Part shown: piece by piece, positions 1-9,686 of the stretch
How positions within the stretch are numbered: the first letter of the stretch is position 1
Layout of the letters: every line of letters begins with the position of its first letter
NCBI GenBank assembly: GCA_040081625.1
Contig: JBEBGD010000082.1
Coordinates: forward strand, 1 to 25,640
DNA from: Chthoniobacteraceae bacterium
GTDB taxonomy: Bacteria; Verrucomicrobiota; Verrucomicrobiia; Chthoniobacterales; Chthoniobacteraceae
Length of the DNA: 25,640 bases
Direction: 5' to 3'
Translations under genes and position numbers: made by a program
Notes under the pieces: model-generated
The model's database searches: none
What the model was told of the DNA's origin: nothing
Seen by the model: the letters and a program-made list of their open reading frames with translations, nothing else

Positions 1-1
1 G

Positions 2-556
2 ATCAAAGGCACGCGCCCGCGCCGGCCCGAGGGCGACGACGACGAGCGCTCCGCGTTCGACCTCATCACCTCGCCAAAAGAAATCGCCGAACTGGTGATG
101 ATCACCGACCTCGAGCGCAACGACCTCGGCCAGGTGTGCGACTACGGCAGCGTCGCCGTGCGCGAACTGCTCGCGCTCGAGCGATTCGAGCAGGTCTTCC
201 ATCTCGTCTCCACGGTCGAGGGCCGGCTGCGGGAGGAAGTCGATCACGTCGCCGCGCTCGACGCGTGTTTCCCCGGCGGCTCGATCACCGGCGCGCCGAA
301 GAAGCGCGCGCGCGAAATCATCGCCGAGCTCGAAGGCAGCCCGCGCGGCCTCTACACCGGCGCGATCGGCTGGCTCGGCTTCAACGGCGAGAGCCGATTC
401 AACATCGCGATCAGAACCGTCGTCGTCGAGCAGGGCGTCGCCCATTTCCACGTCGGCGCCGGCATCGTCGCCGACTCGCACCCCGCCGCCGAGTGGCAGG
501 AGACCCTCGACAAAGCCGCTGGCATCCTCCTCGCCGCGGAGCGGGCGGCGCAGTAG
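2..556 (+). CDS. pabB: Aminodeoxychorismate synthase component I (chorismate-binding enzyme), 5' truncated by window edge
   Basis: Frame from base 2 reads IKGTRPR...SPKEIAELVMITDLERNDLG...FPGGSITGAPK...RGLYTGAIG...NIAIRT...GAGIVADS; GGSITGAPK favours PabB over TrpE. Confidence 0.8.
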   Translation: MKGTRPRRPEGDDDERSAFDLITSPKEIAELVMITDLERNDLGQVCDYGSVAVRELLALERFEQVFHLVSTVEGRLREEVDHVAALDACFPGGSITGAPKKRAREIIAELEGSPRGLYTGAIGWLGFNGESRFNIAIRTVVVEQGVAHFHVGAGIVADSHPAAEWQETLDKAAGILLAAERAAQ

Positions 557-640
557 GCGCCCAGGGAACGGCGACGCGTGATCGTTCCGGCGCGAGTTGG
601 CGCTTGGCAGCGGCGCGGGCTCGCAGGCAGCTTGGGCTGC

Positions 641-1873
641 ATGAAGTTCCTCACTCCCGCCCTTCTCACCCTGACGCTGCCCATGCTCGCCGCCGAACCT
701 TTCCGCCAGACACTCATCAGCTCGGGGAAAAACATCCGCGTCGAGACCGCGGAGTTTTCCGGCAGGAAGCTCACGCCGAAGGCGCCGGGCTGGACGATTC
801 GCAAGCGGACGCTGCACGGCGGCAAGCAGGAAGGCGTGGAGGTGATCGTCGTGAACAACGGCAAGCTCGAGTTCACCGTCGTGCCGACGCGCGGCATGGG
901 CGTGCTCGAAGCGAAGGTGGGCGACGTGCGGCTCGGGTGGAACTCACCGGTGAAGGAAGTCGTGCATCCGCGGCACATCAATCTTATGAGCCGCGGCGGA
1001 CTCGGCTGGCTGGATGGATTCAACGAGTGGATGGTGCGCTGCGGGCTGGAGAGCAATGGCGGGCCGGGCCCGGATGAGTTCACCAACAACGTGGGCGACA
1101 AGGCGACGATGGATCTCACGCTGCACGGCAAGATCGCGAACATTCCCGCGAGCGAGGTGGAGATCATCGTCGATCGCAATCCGCCGTATCAGCTCACCGT
1201 GCGCGGGATCGTGGACGAGCGGATGTTTTACGGGCCGAAGCTCGAACTGGTGACGGAGATTTCCACCGACCCCGGCTCGCAATCGCTGCGCATCGCCGAC
1301 ACGATCACCAACCGCGGCGACGCGGAGCAGGAGTTCGAGCTGCTCTACCACGCGAACTACGGGCGCCCGCTGCTGGAGATGGGATCGCGCCTCCTCGCGC
1401 CCGTGGCGCGGGTGACGCCGATGAATGAGCGCGCGGCAAAAGCCATCGGGAGCTACGCGGAGTATGCCAGGCCGACGCCGGGCTACGTGGAGCTGGTCTA
1501 TTGCATCGTGCCGCTGGCCGACGCCGGCGGGCGCACGCTGATCGCACTGCAAAACAAGCAAGCCGACCGCGCCGTCTCGATGGCTTACTCGGTGAAAGAG
1601 CTGCCGTATCTCACGCAGTGGAAGAACACGGCAGCCGAGGGCGAAGGCTACGTGACGGGGCTTGAGCCCGGCGTGAACTTCCCGAACCCGCGCCGGATCG
1701 AACGCAAGCTCGGCCGCGTGCCCAAGCTCGCTCCCGGCGCGAGCTACACCGCCGCGATCGACTACGCGATCCACTCCGACGCCGAGGCGGTCGAGGCTGT
1801 CGCCAAACGAATCGCCAAGCTGCAAGGCGACACGAAGCCACAGATCGACACGGAGCCGGAGAAGAAGGACTGA
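641..1873 (+). CDS. Aldose 1-epimerase-like / DUF4432 family protein with signal peptide
   Basis: ATG641 followed by signal-like MKFLTPALLTLTLPMLAA; motifs PTRGMG, LGWNSPV, GLGWLDGFNEWMVRCGL, TLHGKIAN, LYHANYG, GYVTGLEPG. Confidence 0.75.
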   Translation: MKFLTPALLTLTLPMLAAEPFRQTLISSGKNIRVETAEFSGRKLTPKAPGWTIRKRTLHGGKQEGVEVIVVNNGKLEFTVVPTRGMGVLEAKVGDVRLGWNSPVKEVVHPRHINLMSRGGLGWLDGFNEWMVRCGLESNGGPGPDEFTNNVGDKATMDLTLHGKIANIPASEVEIIVDRNPPYQLTVRGIVDERMFYGPKLELVTEISTDPGSQSLRIADTITNRGDAEQEFELLYHANYGRPLLEMGSRLLAPVARVTPMNERAAKAIGSYAEYARPTPGYVELVYCIVPLADAGGRTLIALQNKQADRAVSMAYSVKELPYLTQWKNTAAEGEGYVTGLEPGVNFPNPRRIERKLGRVPKLAPGASYTAAIDYAIHSDAEAVEAVAKRIAKLQGDTKPQIDTEPEKKD

Positions 1874-3364
1874 GTGAGCTCCACACGCTGCTCGATCTTC
1901 GCGCTCTGCGCTTTTCTGGCGGCTTCGCTGATGGCCGGCGCCGCGTCGAGGCCCGACGTGCTCGTGATCCTCACCGATCAATGGAGCCCGCGTTACGTGA
2001 GCTGGGACGATCCGCAGGTGCGCACGCCGCACCTCGATGGCATCGCGCGCGAGGGAATGATTTTCGACCGCTGCTACACGACTTCGCCCGTCTGTATGCC
2101 CGCGCGCGTCTCGCTCATCACCGGTTTGTATCCGCACAATCACGGCCACGCGCTCTGGGGCAACGCGACGGGCTATTTCACGCCTCCGGAATCGGCGCCG
2201 ATGTTTCGCGACATCCGGCGCGCCGGCTACACGACCGCGCAGATCGGCAAGCTGCACTGGACCGCGGGACCGGAATGGAAAAAGGCGTTCAAGGCACTCG
2301 ATGAATATTACGCCGCGCTCGGGCTCGATCGCGTGATCGACATTTCGGGCCCGCCGGATTCGGAGCGCGGAGGGAATCCCTACATGCAGCATTTGCGGAA
2401 GCTCGGCCTGCTCGGCGCGGTCGCGTCGGACATGCGGCAGCGCTACGTGAAGTGGGAGTTCGAGCCGCGCGCGAGCGTGGTGAAGCCTGAGGACTATCAC
2501 GACAGCTTCGCGACCAGGCTCGCGACCGACTTCATCCGCATGCAGCCGAAAGACAAGCCGCTCTGCCTCGTCGTGAGCCTGCACTCGCCGCATCCGCCGC
2601 TCGATGCGCCCGGCGAGTTCGCGACGATGTTCGACCCGGAGAAGCTCACGCTGCCCGCGAATGTGCCCGCGACCTTCCAGCGCGAAGGCCGCACGCTCGA
2701 TCACGCGGAGACGAAACGTTTGCTCGCGAACTATCTCGGCAAGATGGCGCTCGTGGACCAGTGCGTCGGGCGCTTGATCGACGCGATGAAAGCGCGCGGA
2801 ACGTGGGACGACGCGCTGGTGATGTTCACCGCCGATCACGGCGAGATGATGGGCGCGCACGGCTACCTGACGAAGGGCCGCTTTCACGAAGAGTCCGCGC
2901 GCGTGCCGCTCGTGGTCCGCTGGCCCGGCCACGCGAAAGCGGGTCGCACGAAAGCGCCGGTGCAGATGATGGACGTGTATCCCACCATCGTGGATGCGAT
3001 CGGCGGCGAGCTGACGCCGGGCCGCTTTGCGAAGTCGCTGCTGCCGGTGGCAGCGGGGAAGAATGATTCCATCCGCGACCTCGCGCTCAGCGAGATCGGC
3101 AACGCCGCGCCGCTGCGCATCATGGCGTGCGATGGGCGCTTTAAGTATTGGGCCGACGAGCAGCGCGAGTATCTCTTCGATCTCGAAAGCGATCCGCTGG
3201 AGATGCGCGATCTCGCCGATGTCGCCGGGCAGCGCGAGATGCTGGACCGAATGCGCGGGCGCCTGCTCACGCAACTTCGCTCGACGCAGGTGAACTTCGC
3301 CGAGGGCTACAAGCCGAAAGTCCAGCGACTGCGCGAAGCCGAGAGGACGAAACCGAAGCAATGA
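1874..3364 (+). CDS. Formylglycine-dependent sulfatase (S1 family), exported
   Basis: Signal peptide, ILTDQ, SPVCMPARVSLITG (CxPxR), GKLHW, PHPP, TADHGEMMG; GTG start immediately after upstream TGA. Confidence 0.9.
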   Translation: MSSTRCSIFALCAFLAASLMAGAASRPDVLVILTDQWSPRYVSWDDPQVRTPHLDGIAREGMIFDRCYTTSPVCMPARVSLITGLYPHNHGHALWGNATGYFTPPESAPMFRDIRRAGYTTAQIGKLHWTAGPEWKKAFKALDEYYAALGLDRVIDISGPPDSERGGNPYMQHLRKLGLLGAVASDMRQRYVKWEFEPRASVVKPEDYHDSFATRLATDFIRMQPKDKPLCLVVSLHSPHPPLDAPGEFATMFDPEKLTLPANVPATFQREGRTLDHAETKRLLANYLGKMALVDQCVGRLIDAMKARGTWDDALVMFTADHGEMMGAHGYLTKGRFHEESARVPLVVRWPGHAKAGRTKAPVQMMDVYPTIVDAIGGELTPGRFAKSLLPVAAGKNDSIRDLALSEIGNAAPLRIMACDGRFKYWADEQREYLFDLESDPLEMRDLADVAGQREMLDRMRGRLLTQLRSTQVNFAEGYKPKVQRLREAERTKPKQ

Positions 3365-4800
3365 CCGCCATGAAGCTGCTCGCCTTCGCACTTGCGTGCC
3401 TCGTCGTTTCGTCATCGCGCGCCGAGAAGATGAACGTCCTCTTCATCGCGCTCGACGATCTGCGCCCGGAACTCGGCTGCTACGGCGCGAAGCACATCCA
3501 GTCGCCGAACATCGATCGACTCGCCGCGCGCGGGCTGCTCTTCGAGCGCGCGTATTGCCAGCAGGCGGTCTGCAATCCCTCGCGCGCGAGCGTGCTGAGC
3601 GGCTGCCGCCCCGACACGACGGGCGTGAAGGCGAACAACAAGTTCATGCGTCCGATGATGCCCGACGTAGTCACGCTGCCGCAGCACTTCAAAGCGAACG
3701 GCTGGCACTCGCTGTCGCTCGGCAAAATTTTTCACCACAGCGAGAAGGAGCCCGGCGACGATCCGCAGTCCTGGAGCGAGCCGTCGTGGTATCACGGCAC
3801 GCCGTATGGCCATTGGTTCACCGAGGAATCAAACGAGTTGATCAAGCAGTTGAAGAAATCGGGCTCGAAGCTCTCGCGCGGCCCGCCGTTCGAGGCGGCG
3901 GACGAACCGGACGAGTCGTATCCCGACGCGAAGACGGCGACGAAGGCGATCGAGACGCTGCAACGGCTGAAGACGATGCGGAAGCCGTTCTTCCTCGGCG
4001 TCGGCTTCGTGAAGCCGCACCTGCCATTCACGTGCCCGCAGAAGTATTGGGATCTGTATCCCGCCGAAACGATCAAGCTGCCGGACAATTACGCGCCGAC
4101 GAAAGACGCGCCCGAGGCGGCGTTTCACAACTGGTATGAGCTGCGCACCTACGGCGGCATTCCCGCGAAAGGCGGCATCGACGACGACACCGCGCGCAAT
4201 CTCATCCGCGGCTACCGCGCGTGCGTCAGCTTCGCCGACGCGCAAGTTGGCCGCGTGCTCGACGAACTCGACCGGCTTGGCCTGCGCGAGGACACGATCG
4301 TCGTGCTGTGGGGTGATCACGGCTATCACCTCGGCGAGAACGGCATCTTCACGAAGATGACCAACTTCGAACTCGGCACGCGCGTGCCGCTGATCGTCAG
4401 CGCGCCGGGGCAGAAGACCGCGGGGCAACGCACGCGCGCGCTGGTGGAACTCGTGGACCTTTACCCGACGCTCGCCGATTGCGCGGGGCTGCCACTTCCC
4501 ACGCATCTCGAAGGAACGAGCTTCGCGCCGCTGCTCGACGAACCGCAGCGCGCGTGGAAAGCGGCGGCGTTCAGCCAGTATCTGCGACCGGGCAAAGACG
4601 GGATCATCGGCCGCTCCATTCGCACCGACCGCTGGCGCTACACCGAGTGGAAGACTGCGAAGGGCGAGGACGTGGGCACCGAGCTTTACGACGAGCACGG
4701 CGATCCCAACGAGAACGCAAACGTGGCCAGCGCGAACGCAGGCATGGTCACGGAACTCGCGAGGCAACTCCGCGCCGGCTGGCGCGACGCAGGTCGATGA
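3361..4800 (+). CDS. Formylglycine-dependent sulfatase, iduronate-2-sulfatase-like
   Basis: ATGA overlap with upstream stop (alternative ATG 3370); IALDDLRP, QQAVCNPSRASVLSG, GKIFH, GFVKPHLPF, WGDHGYHLGE. Confidence 0.9.
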   Translation: MTAMKLLAFALACLVVSSSRAEKMNVLFIALDDLRPELGCYGAKHIQSPNIDRLAARGLLFERAYCQQAVCNPSRASVLSGCRPDTTGVKANNKFMRPMMPDVVTLPQHFKANGWHSLSLGKIFHHSEKEPGDDPQSWSEPSWYHGTPYGHWFTEESNELIKQLKKSGSKLSRGPPFEAADEPDESYPDAKTATKAIETLQRLKTMRKPFFLGVGFVKPHLPFTCPQKYWDLYPAETIKLPDNYAPTKDAPEAAFHNWYELRTYGGIPAKGGIDDDTARNLIRGYRACVSFADAQVGRVLDELDRLGLREDTIVVLWGDHGYHLGENGIFTKMTNFELGTRVPLIVSAPGQKTAGQRTRALVELVDLYPTLADCAGLPLPTHLEGTSFAPLLDEPQRAWKAAAFSQYLRPGKDGIIGRSIRTDRWRYTEWKTAKGEDVGTELYDEHGDPNENANVASANAGMVTELARQLRAGWRDAGR

Positions 4801-5621
4801 AGCCGCGCGTTTTCGCGCTCGGCGAAGTGTTGTGGGATCTGCTGCCGGGCGGCCCCGTGCTCGGCGGCGCGCCTGCGAACTTCGCCCATCACGCCCGCGC
4901 TCTCGGGGCGGAAACGACGCTCATCTCGCGAGTCGGCGACGATGAACTCGGGCGCGAGATCCTGCGTCACTTTGCGGTGCAAGTGGACCCGCAGCGTCCA
5001 ACCGGGACCGTGAGTGTCGAACTCACAGACGGCCAGCCGCGCTACACGATCCACGAGAATGTCGCGTGGGACGCGATCGAGCCGGATGGGCGCGTGCGCG
5101 AAGCGGACGTAGTATGTTTCGGCTCGCTCGCACAGCGCGCGGCCATCTCCCGCGCGTCGATCCAGCGCATGGTCGCAGCCACGCGACCGGACGCGTTGCG
5201 CGTCTTCGACATCAACCTGCGGCAGCACTTCTACTCGCGCGAAGTGATCGAAACATCGCTCGCGCTTGCGAACGTGCTCAAGCTCAACGACGCCGAGCTC
5301 CCGGTGATCGAGGAGATGTTTGCGCTGCGTGACATCGAAGCGATCGCCGCGCGTTTCGATCTGCGCGCAGTCGCGCTCACACGCGGAAGCGAAGGGTGCG
5401 TGCTTTGGTCCGACGGCGCACGCGCGGAGCACGCAGGCGTCGCGACGACCGTGCGCGACACGATCGGCGCGGGCGACTCGTTCACCGCGGCGCTAACGCT
5501 CGGCCTGCTCGCGGGTCGTCCGCTCGACCGAGTCCTCGACCACGCGAGCCGCATCGCCGCCTACGTGTGTTCGCAGTCCGGCGCCACTCCTCCGCTTCCA
5601 CCCGAACTCCTCAACCCATGA
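4797..5621 (+). CDS. PfkB-family carbohydrate kinase (fructokinase-like)
   Basis: ATGA overlap; GEVLWD, GGAPANFA, VGDDELG, FDINLR, KLNDAEL, DTIGAGDSF PfkB signatures. Confidence 0.9.
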   Translation: MKPRVFALGEVLWDLLPGGPVLGGAPANFAHHARALGAETTLISRVGDDELGREILRHFAVQVDPQRPTGTVSVELTDGQPRYTIHENVAWDAIEPDGRVREADVVCFGSLAQRAAISRASIQRMVAATRPDALRVFDINLRQHFYSREVIETSLALANVLKLNDAELPVIEEMFALRDIEAIAARFDLRAVALTRGSEGCVLWSDGARAEHAGVATTVRDTIGAGDSFTAALTLGLLAGRPLDRVLDHASRIAAYVCSQSGATPPLPPELLNP

Positions 5622-6448
5622 AACTCCTGCTGTTCCTCGTCGCTTCCACCTCTCTCGCCGCCGATGCCGTGCGCACCGAGCACGACATCGATTACCTCGG
5701 CGCAGGCCGCGCGGAAAAGGCCGATCTTTACCTGCCCGCCGACGCAAAGCCGGGGCAGCGCTTCCCGGCGGTCGTCATCATCCACGGCGGTGGCTGGAGC
5801 GGCGGCGACAAGCGCGCGGCGCGCGAGATCAACATCGGCACCACGCTCGCGCTCAATGGTTACGTCGGCATGAGCATCAACTACGCGCTCGCGACGAAGG
5901 ACGGCAGCGAGCCGACGTGGCCGCAGAACCTTCACGACTGCAAGACTGCCGTGCGCTGGCTGCGCGCGAATGCGGAGCGGCTGCACATCGATCCCGAACG
6001 CATCGGCGCGATCGGCGGGTCGGCGGGCGGACACCTCGCAGCGATGCTCGCCGTCGCCGGGCCGGAGTTCGATCCGCCGGGCAGCGGCTCGTGCGCGGTG
6101 AAGTGCGCGGTCGATCTCTACGGGCCGATGCTGTGGTTTTCGCAGCGCGACATCGCGATGTTTCGCAAGACGCGCGCGGAAGCGCCGGAGCTGTATCGCC
6201 AGGCGTCGCCGCTCGCGCACGTGGACAAGAACGATCCGCCGATCCTCATCCTGCACGGCACGGCGGACACGACCGTGAGCGTGGACGACTCGAAAGCGTT
6301 CGACGCCGCGCTGGCCAAAGCGGGCGTCGATCATCAACTCGTGATCGTCGAGGGAGCACTACACAGCTTCCACCTCGAGCCGAAGCAGCGCGACCTCCGC
6401 CCACTCGTGCTCGGCTTTTTCGACAAGCACCTCAAGGCGAAGCCGTGA
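5618..6448 (+). CDS. Alpha/beta hydrolase (HSL-like esterase), exported
   Basis: ATGA overlap; signal-like N-terminus; HGGGW oxyanion motif, GGSAGGHLA nucleophile elbow, HGTADTTV Asp, ALHSF His. Confidence 0.88.
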   Translation: MKLLLFLVASTSLAADAVRTEHDIDYLGAGRAEKADLYLPADAKPGQRFPAVVIIHGGGWSGGDKRAAREINIGTTLALNGYVGMSINYALATKDGSEPTWPQNLHDCKTAVRWLRANAERLHIDPERIGAIGGSAGGHLAAMLAVAGPEFDPPGSGSCAVKCAVDLYGPMLWFSQRDIAMFRKTRAEAPELYRQASPLAHVDKNDPPILILHGTADTTVSVDDSKAFDAALAKAGVDHQLVIVEGALHSFHLEPKQRDLRPLVLGFFDKHLKAKP

Positions 6449-9400
6449 TCGCACTTCGCACTGTTCTATTCCTCGTCCTCGCCGCACGCGCGCTCGCCGC
6501 ATCGTGCGAGACATGGCAGCCCGGCTACACCGGCGCCGACGCGAACGGCCCACACGTGCTCGGCTACTGGCGGTTCGACGGCGATGCGAAGGACTCTTCC
6601 GGCAAAGCGAACGATCTCAAGCTCGACGGCGCGCTGATCTCACCAAACGGAAAGCGCGATGGCGCTCTCGAATCCTTCCCCGGCTGGCCGGTCGAGGACA
6701 AGCGCCACGCCGCGGTGACGACGAAGACGACGCTCTCGCCGAAGGGCGCGTTCAGTGTCGAGTTGTGGTTCGCCACGAAGCCGGAGCTGACGCCGGAACT
6801 CTCGCCGGTGCTGATCGACAAGAAATACGTCGCGCACTCCGACTACCAGTTCCGCCTCACCACCGGCGACAAAGCCGGCACCCGCCGCCTTCAAGTGATC
6901 CTCGGCTTCGGCAACGACTCCGATACGCTCAACTCCGAGCCGTTCCAAGCCGCGCCCGGCATGTGGCAGCACGTCGCGTTCACCTACGACGCTGCCGGCA
7001 CGATGCGTTTCTTCCGCAACGGCGCGCCCATCGGCATCGTGCGCAAACCGGGTCGCGGCGCAGTCGTCGCGGGGAAACATCAGCTCTCAATCGGTGACCG
7101 TGTGGGCAGCAACTACGCGGGCTTCCCCGGCTTCATCGACGAAGTGCGCATCTGCGACGGCGCTCTCGAGTTTCGGCCGATCGCGGTGAGTTTCGAGGCG
7201 GAGCGCTGGACGTGGCTGCGCATGGAGAAGGCGCAGCCCGTCGGCGTGATCGTGCGCAATCTTGGCAAAGCGCCGGCGAAGAATCTCACGCTCCGCATCG
7301 GCGCAGAGTTTTCGACGCTTCCCGAACTCGCGCCCAGTGAGACGCACCGCGTCGATCACGCGCTGGATACCTCGCTGCGTCCCGACACGTATCGCCTCAC
7401 TGCGAAACTCGATGCGCCCGGCGATATGCCGTTGTCGAGCGAGGAGCACGCGGAGTTCATCATCGCGCCGCGCCGGCTGCCGCGGATGCCGGTCGTGATG
7501 TGGGGCATCGGCGGCACGGGCCTGAGTGAGGAGTTGGTGCGGCTGAAGGATCTCGGCTTCACTCACTGCCTCGCCGGCCGCGTGGACTACGGTGCGATCT
7601 GGTCCGCGAAAAAGCCCGTCGCGCCAGCGAAGGACGACGCCATCGCCGAGACGAAGGCGATGTTCGACCTCGCACTCGCGAACGACTTCGGCATCGCTTT
7701 CCAGCTCTCGCCCGGTGGCTGGCTGAAGGAACGCCCGGACCTCCAGCGCGTCGATCGCAGCGGCAAGCCCTACGCCTCGCGCCCCGACGTGAACGCAGCA
7801 CTGCCGGGGCTCGCGGAGTTTTGCGAGAACGTCGGCGCGTCGATCGCGCAGACCTATCGCGACTTCCCGGCGTGGCAGGCGGCGATGATCAACACCGAGG
7901 TGCGCGACAGTTCGCAGGTCAGCTTCTCGGAGTTCGATCGCGAGGCTTACCGGAAGTTCTCCGGCGCGGATATTCCAGCCGAGGTGACTACGAAGGGCGG
8001 CCTCGAGTGGAGCAAGCTCAAGGACTGTCCCGCCGACCGCGTGATCCCCGACGATCATCCCGTGCTGAATTACTACCGCTGGTTCTGGACGGTCGGCGAC
8101 GGCTGGAATGCGCTGCACACCGCGGTGCACCGCGGCATTCACTCGACCGGGCGCGACGATGTGTGGACGTGGTTCGACCCGGCGATCCGCGCGCCGAGCA
8201 TCGTCGGGAGCGGCGGCGGAGTGGATGTGCTCGGGCAGTGGACCTACACGAATCCAGACCCGCTCCGCATCGCCTACTTCACCGACGAACTGCTCGCGAT
8301 GGCCGCGCCGCACAAACAGCGCGTGATGAAGATGACTCAGCTCTTTTGGTATCGCACGCAGAGTGCGCCGAGAAAGGAAGGCGCGGCGCACGTCGCGTCG
8401 CCGTTCGAGGATCACGATCCCGACGCGGCCTACATCACCATCTCGCCGATGCATCTGCGCGAGTCATTCTGGACAAAGCTCGCGCGGCCCATCGACGGCA
8501 TCATGTATCACGGCTGGCAGGCGCTCGTGCCGACCGACAGCACCGGCGGCTACCGCTACACGCACCCGGACACGAAGGAGGAGTTCCGCCGTCTTCATCG
8601 CGAGGTGCTCGAACCGCTCGGCCCCACGCTGCGGCAGGTCGGCGACCGCGCGAGCGATGTGGCATATCTCGACAGCTTCACCGCGCAGATGTTCGCGCGG
8701 CGCGGCAGCTACGGCTACTCGAACGACGAGGCGTATCTGACGCTTCTCTACGCGCAGCTTCAGCCGCAAGTGATCCACGAAGTCGCGCCGCTCGATCGGT
8801 TCAAGGTGCTCGTGCTCGCCGATTGCGACGTGCTCACCGCGAGCGTCGCGATGCGGGTGCGCGAGTTCCAGCAGCGCGGCGGAATCATCATCGGCGACGA
8901 GAATCTCGCGCCAGCGATCAAGGCGGACATCGTGATGCGGAAGATTACGCGCACGAAAAAAGCCGATGCGGATCATGCGGCACTGCTCGCGAACGCTGCG
9001 AAGCTCCGCGCTGCGCTCGACGCGAAATACACGCGCCACGCGGACAGCTCAAATCCTGAAGTCGTCGTCCGCTGCCGCGAAGCTGGCGCGGGTGAATACG
9101 TCTTCGTCGTGAACGACCGGCGCGAGTTCGGCGACTACGTCGGCCAGCACGGACTGGTGATGGAGAACGGGCTGCCTTCCGTCACCACGCTCAGGCTTCA
9201 GCGCGCCGGCCATGTGTATGATCTCGTCGCATCCCGCGAAGTGAAGGCCGCGACGGAAGCGAGCGCGTTGCGCTGGCCGGTGAGCCTCGGCCCGTGCGAC
9301 GGGCGCGTTTTTCTCGTCACGCCTCAGCCGATCGCGAGCGTGGACATCGCCGCACCGGAGTCCGTCGCGCGCGGCGCAGGCGTGAAGCTCGCGGTTCGCG

Positions 9401-9630
9401 TGCTCGACGCGGGTGGCGCAGCGGTTCGCGCGGTGATCCCGTTGCACGTGCAGATCGCCGATCCCGCGGGGCGCATCGCGGAATTCAGCGGTTACCATGC
9501 TGCGACGGACGGCGCGCTAGCCCTCACGCTCGACATCGCCCGAAACGACGCGCCCGGAGTGTGGACGATGCGCGTGCGCGAACTGGCGTCGGGGATCGAG
9601 CGGAGCGCCTTCCTCCGCGTGAATCCGTAA
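6445..9630 (+). CDS. Large exported protein: N-terminal LamG/ConA-like domain followed by putative glycoside-hydrolase-like barrel and C-terminal Ig-like domain
   Basis: GTGA overlap; GYWRFDGDAKDSSG, FSVELW, WQHVAFTYD, FPGFIDEVRI (LamG); MINTEVRD and FKVLVLADCDVL resemble clan GH-A / GH42-trimerisation-like segments; PGVWTMRVRELASG C-terminus. Confidence 0.7.
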   Translation: MIALRTVLFLVLAARALAASCETWQPGYTGADANGPHVLGYWRFDGDAKDSSGKANDLKLDGALISPNGKRDGALESFPGWPVEDKRHAAVTTKTTLSPKGAFSVELWFATKPELTPELSPVLIDKKYVAHSDYQFRLTTGDKAGTRRLQVILGFGNDSDTLNSEPFQAAPGMWQHVAFTYDAAGTMRFFRNGAPIGIVRKPGRGAVVAGKHQLSIGDRVGSNYAGFPGFIDEVRICDGALEFRPIAVSFEAERWTWLRMEKAQPVGVIVRNLGKAPAKNLTLRIGAEFSTLPELAPSETHRVDHALDTSLRPDTYRLTAKLDAPGDMPLSSEEHAEFIIAPRRLPRMPVVMWGIGGTGLSEELVRLKDLGFTHCLAGRVDYGAIWSAKKPVAPAKDDAIAETKAMFDLALANDFGIAFQLSPGGWLKERPDLQRVDRSGKPYASRPDVNAALPGLAEFCENVGASIAQTYRDFPAWQAAMINTEVRDSSQVSFSEFDREAYRKFSGADIPAEVTTKGGLEWSKLKDCPADRVIPDDHPVLNYYRWFWTVGDGWNALHTAVHRGIHSTGRDDVWTWFDPAIRAPSIVGSGGGVDVLGQWTYTNPDPLRIAYFTDELLAMAAPHKQRVMKMTQLFWYRTQSAPRKEGAAHVASPFEDHDPDAAYITISPMHLRESFWTKLARPIDGIMYHGWQALVPTDSTGGYRYTHPDTKEEFRRLHREVLEPLGPTLRQVGDRASDVAYLDSFTAQMFARRGSYGYSNDEAYLTLLYAQLQPQVIHEVAPLDRFKVLVLADCDVLTASVAMRVREFQQRGGIIIGDENLAPAIKADIVMRKITRTKKADADHAALLANAAKLRAALDAKYTRHADSSNPEVVVRCREAGAGEYVFVVNDRREFGDYVGQHGLVMENGLPSVTTLRLQRAGHVYDLVASREVKAATEASALRWPVSLGPCDGRVFLVTPQPIASVDIAAPESVARGAGVKLAVRVLDAGGAAVRAVIPLHVQIADPAGRIAEFSGYHAATDGALALTLDIARNDAPGVWTMRVRELASGIERSAFLRVNP

Positions 9631-9631
9631 C

Positions 9632-9653
9632 GCAAGCGGGCCGCTTGCCCTGC
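9632..9653 (-). repeat. Single degenerate REP-like hairpin related to the element at 14653-14702
   Basis: Minus strand GCAGG-GCAAGC-GGCCC-GCTTGC matches GTAGG-GCAAGC-GCCTC-GCTTGC at 19/22 positions; lies right after stop TAA 9628-9630. Confidence 0.5.
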
Positions 9654-9686
9654 GCCGATGCCGCTGATATGGACATCGGGTCTGCC

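Noticed and set aside
944..3415. Long antisense ORFs (also 19090-20946 -, 22705-24819 +, 14698-15978 -)
   Set aside because: Shadow frames of high-GC genes with no recognisable motifs
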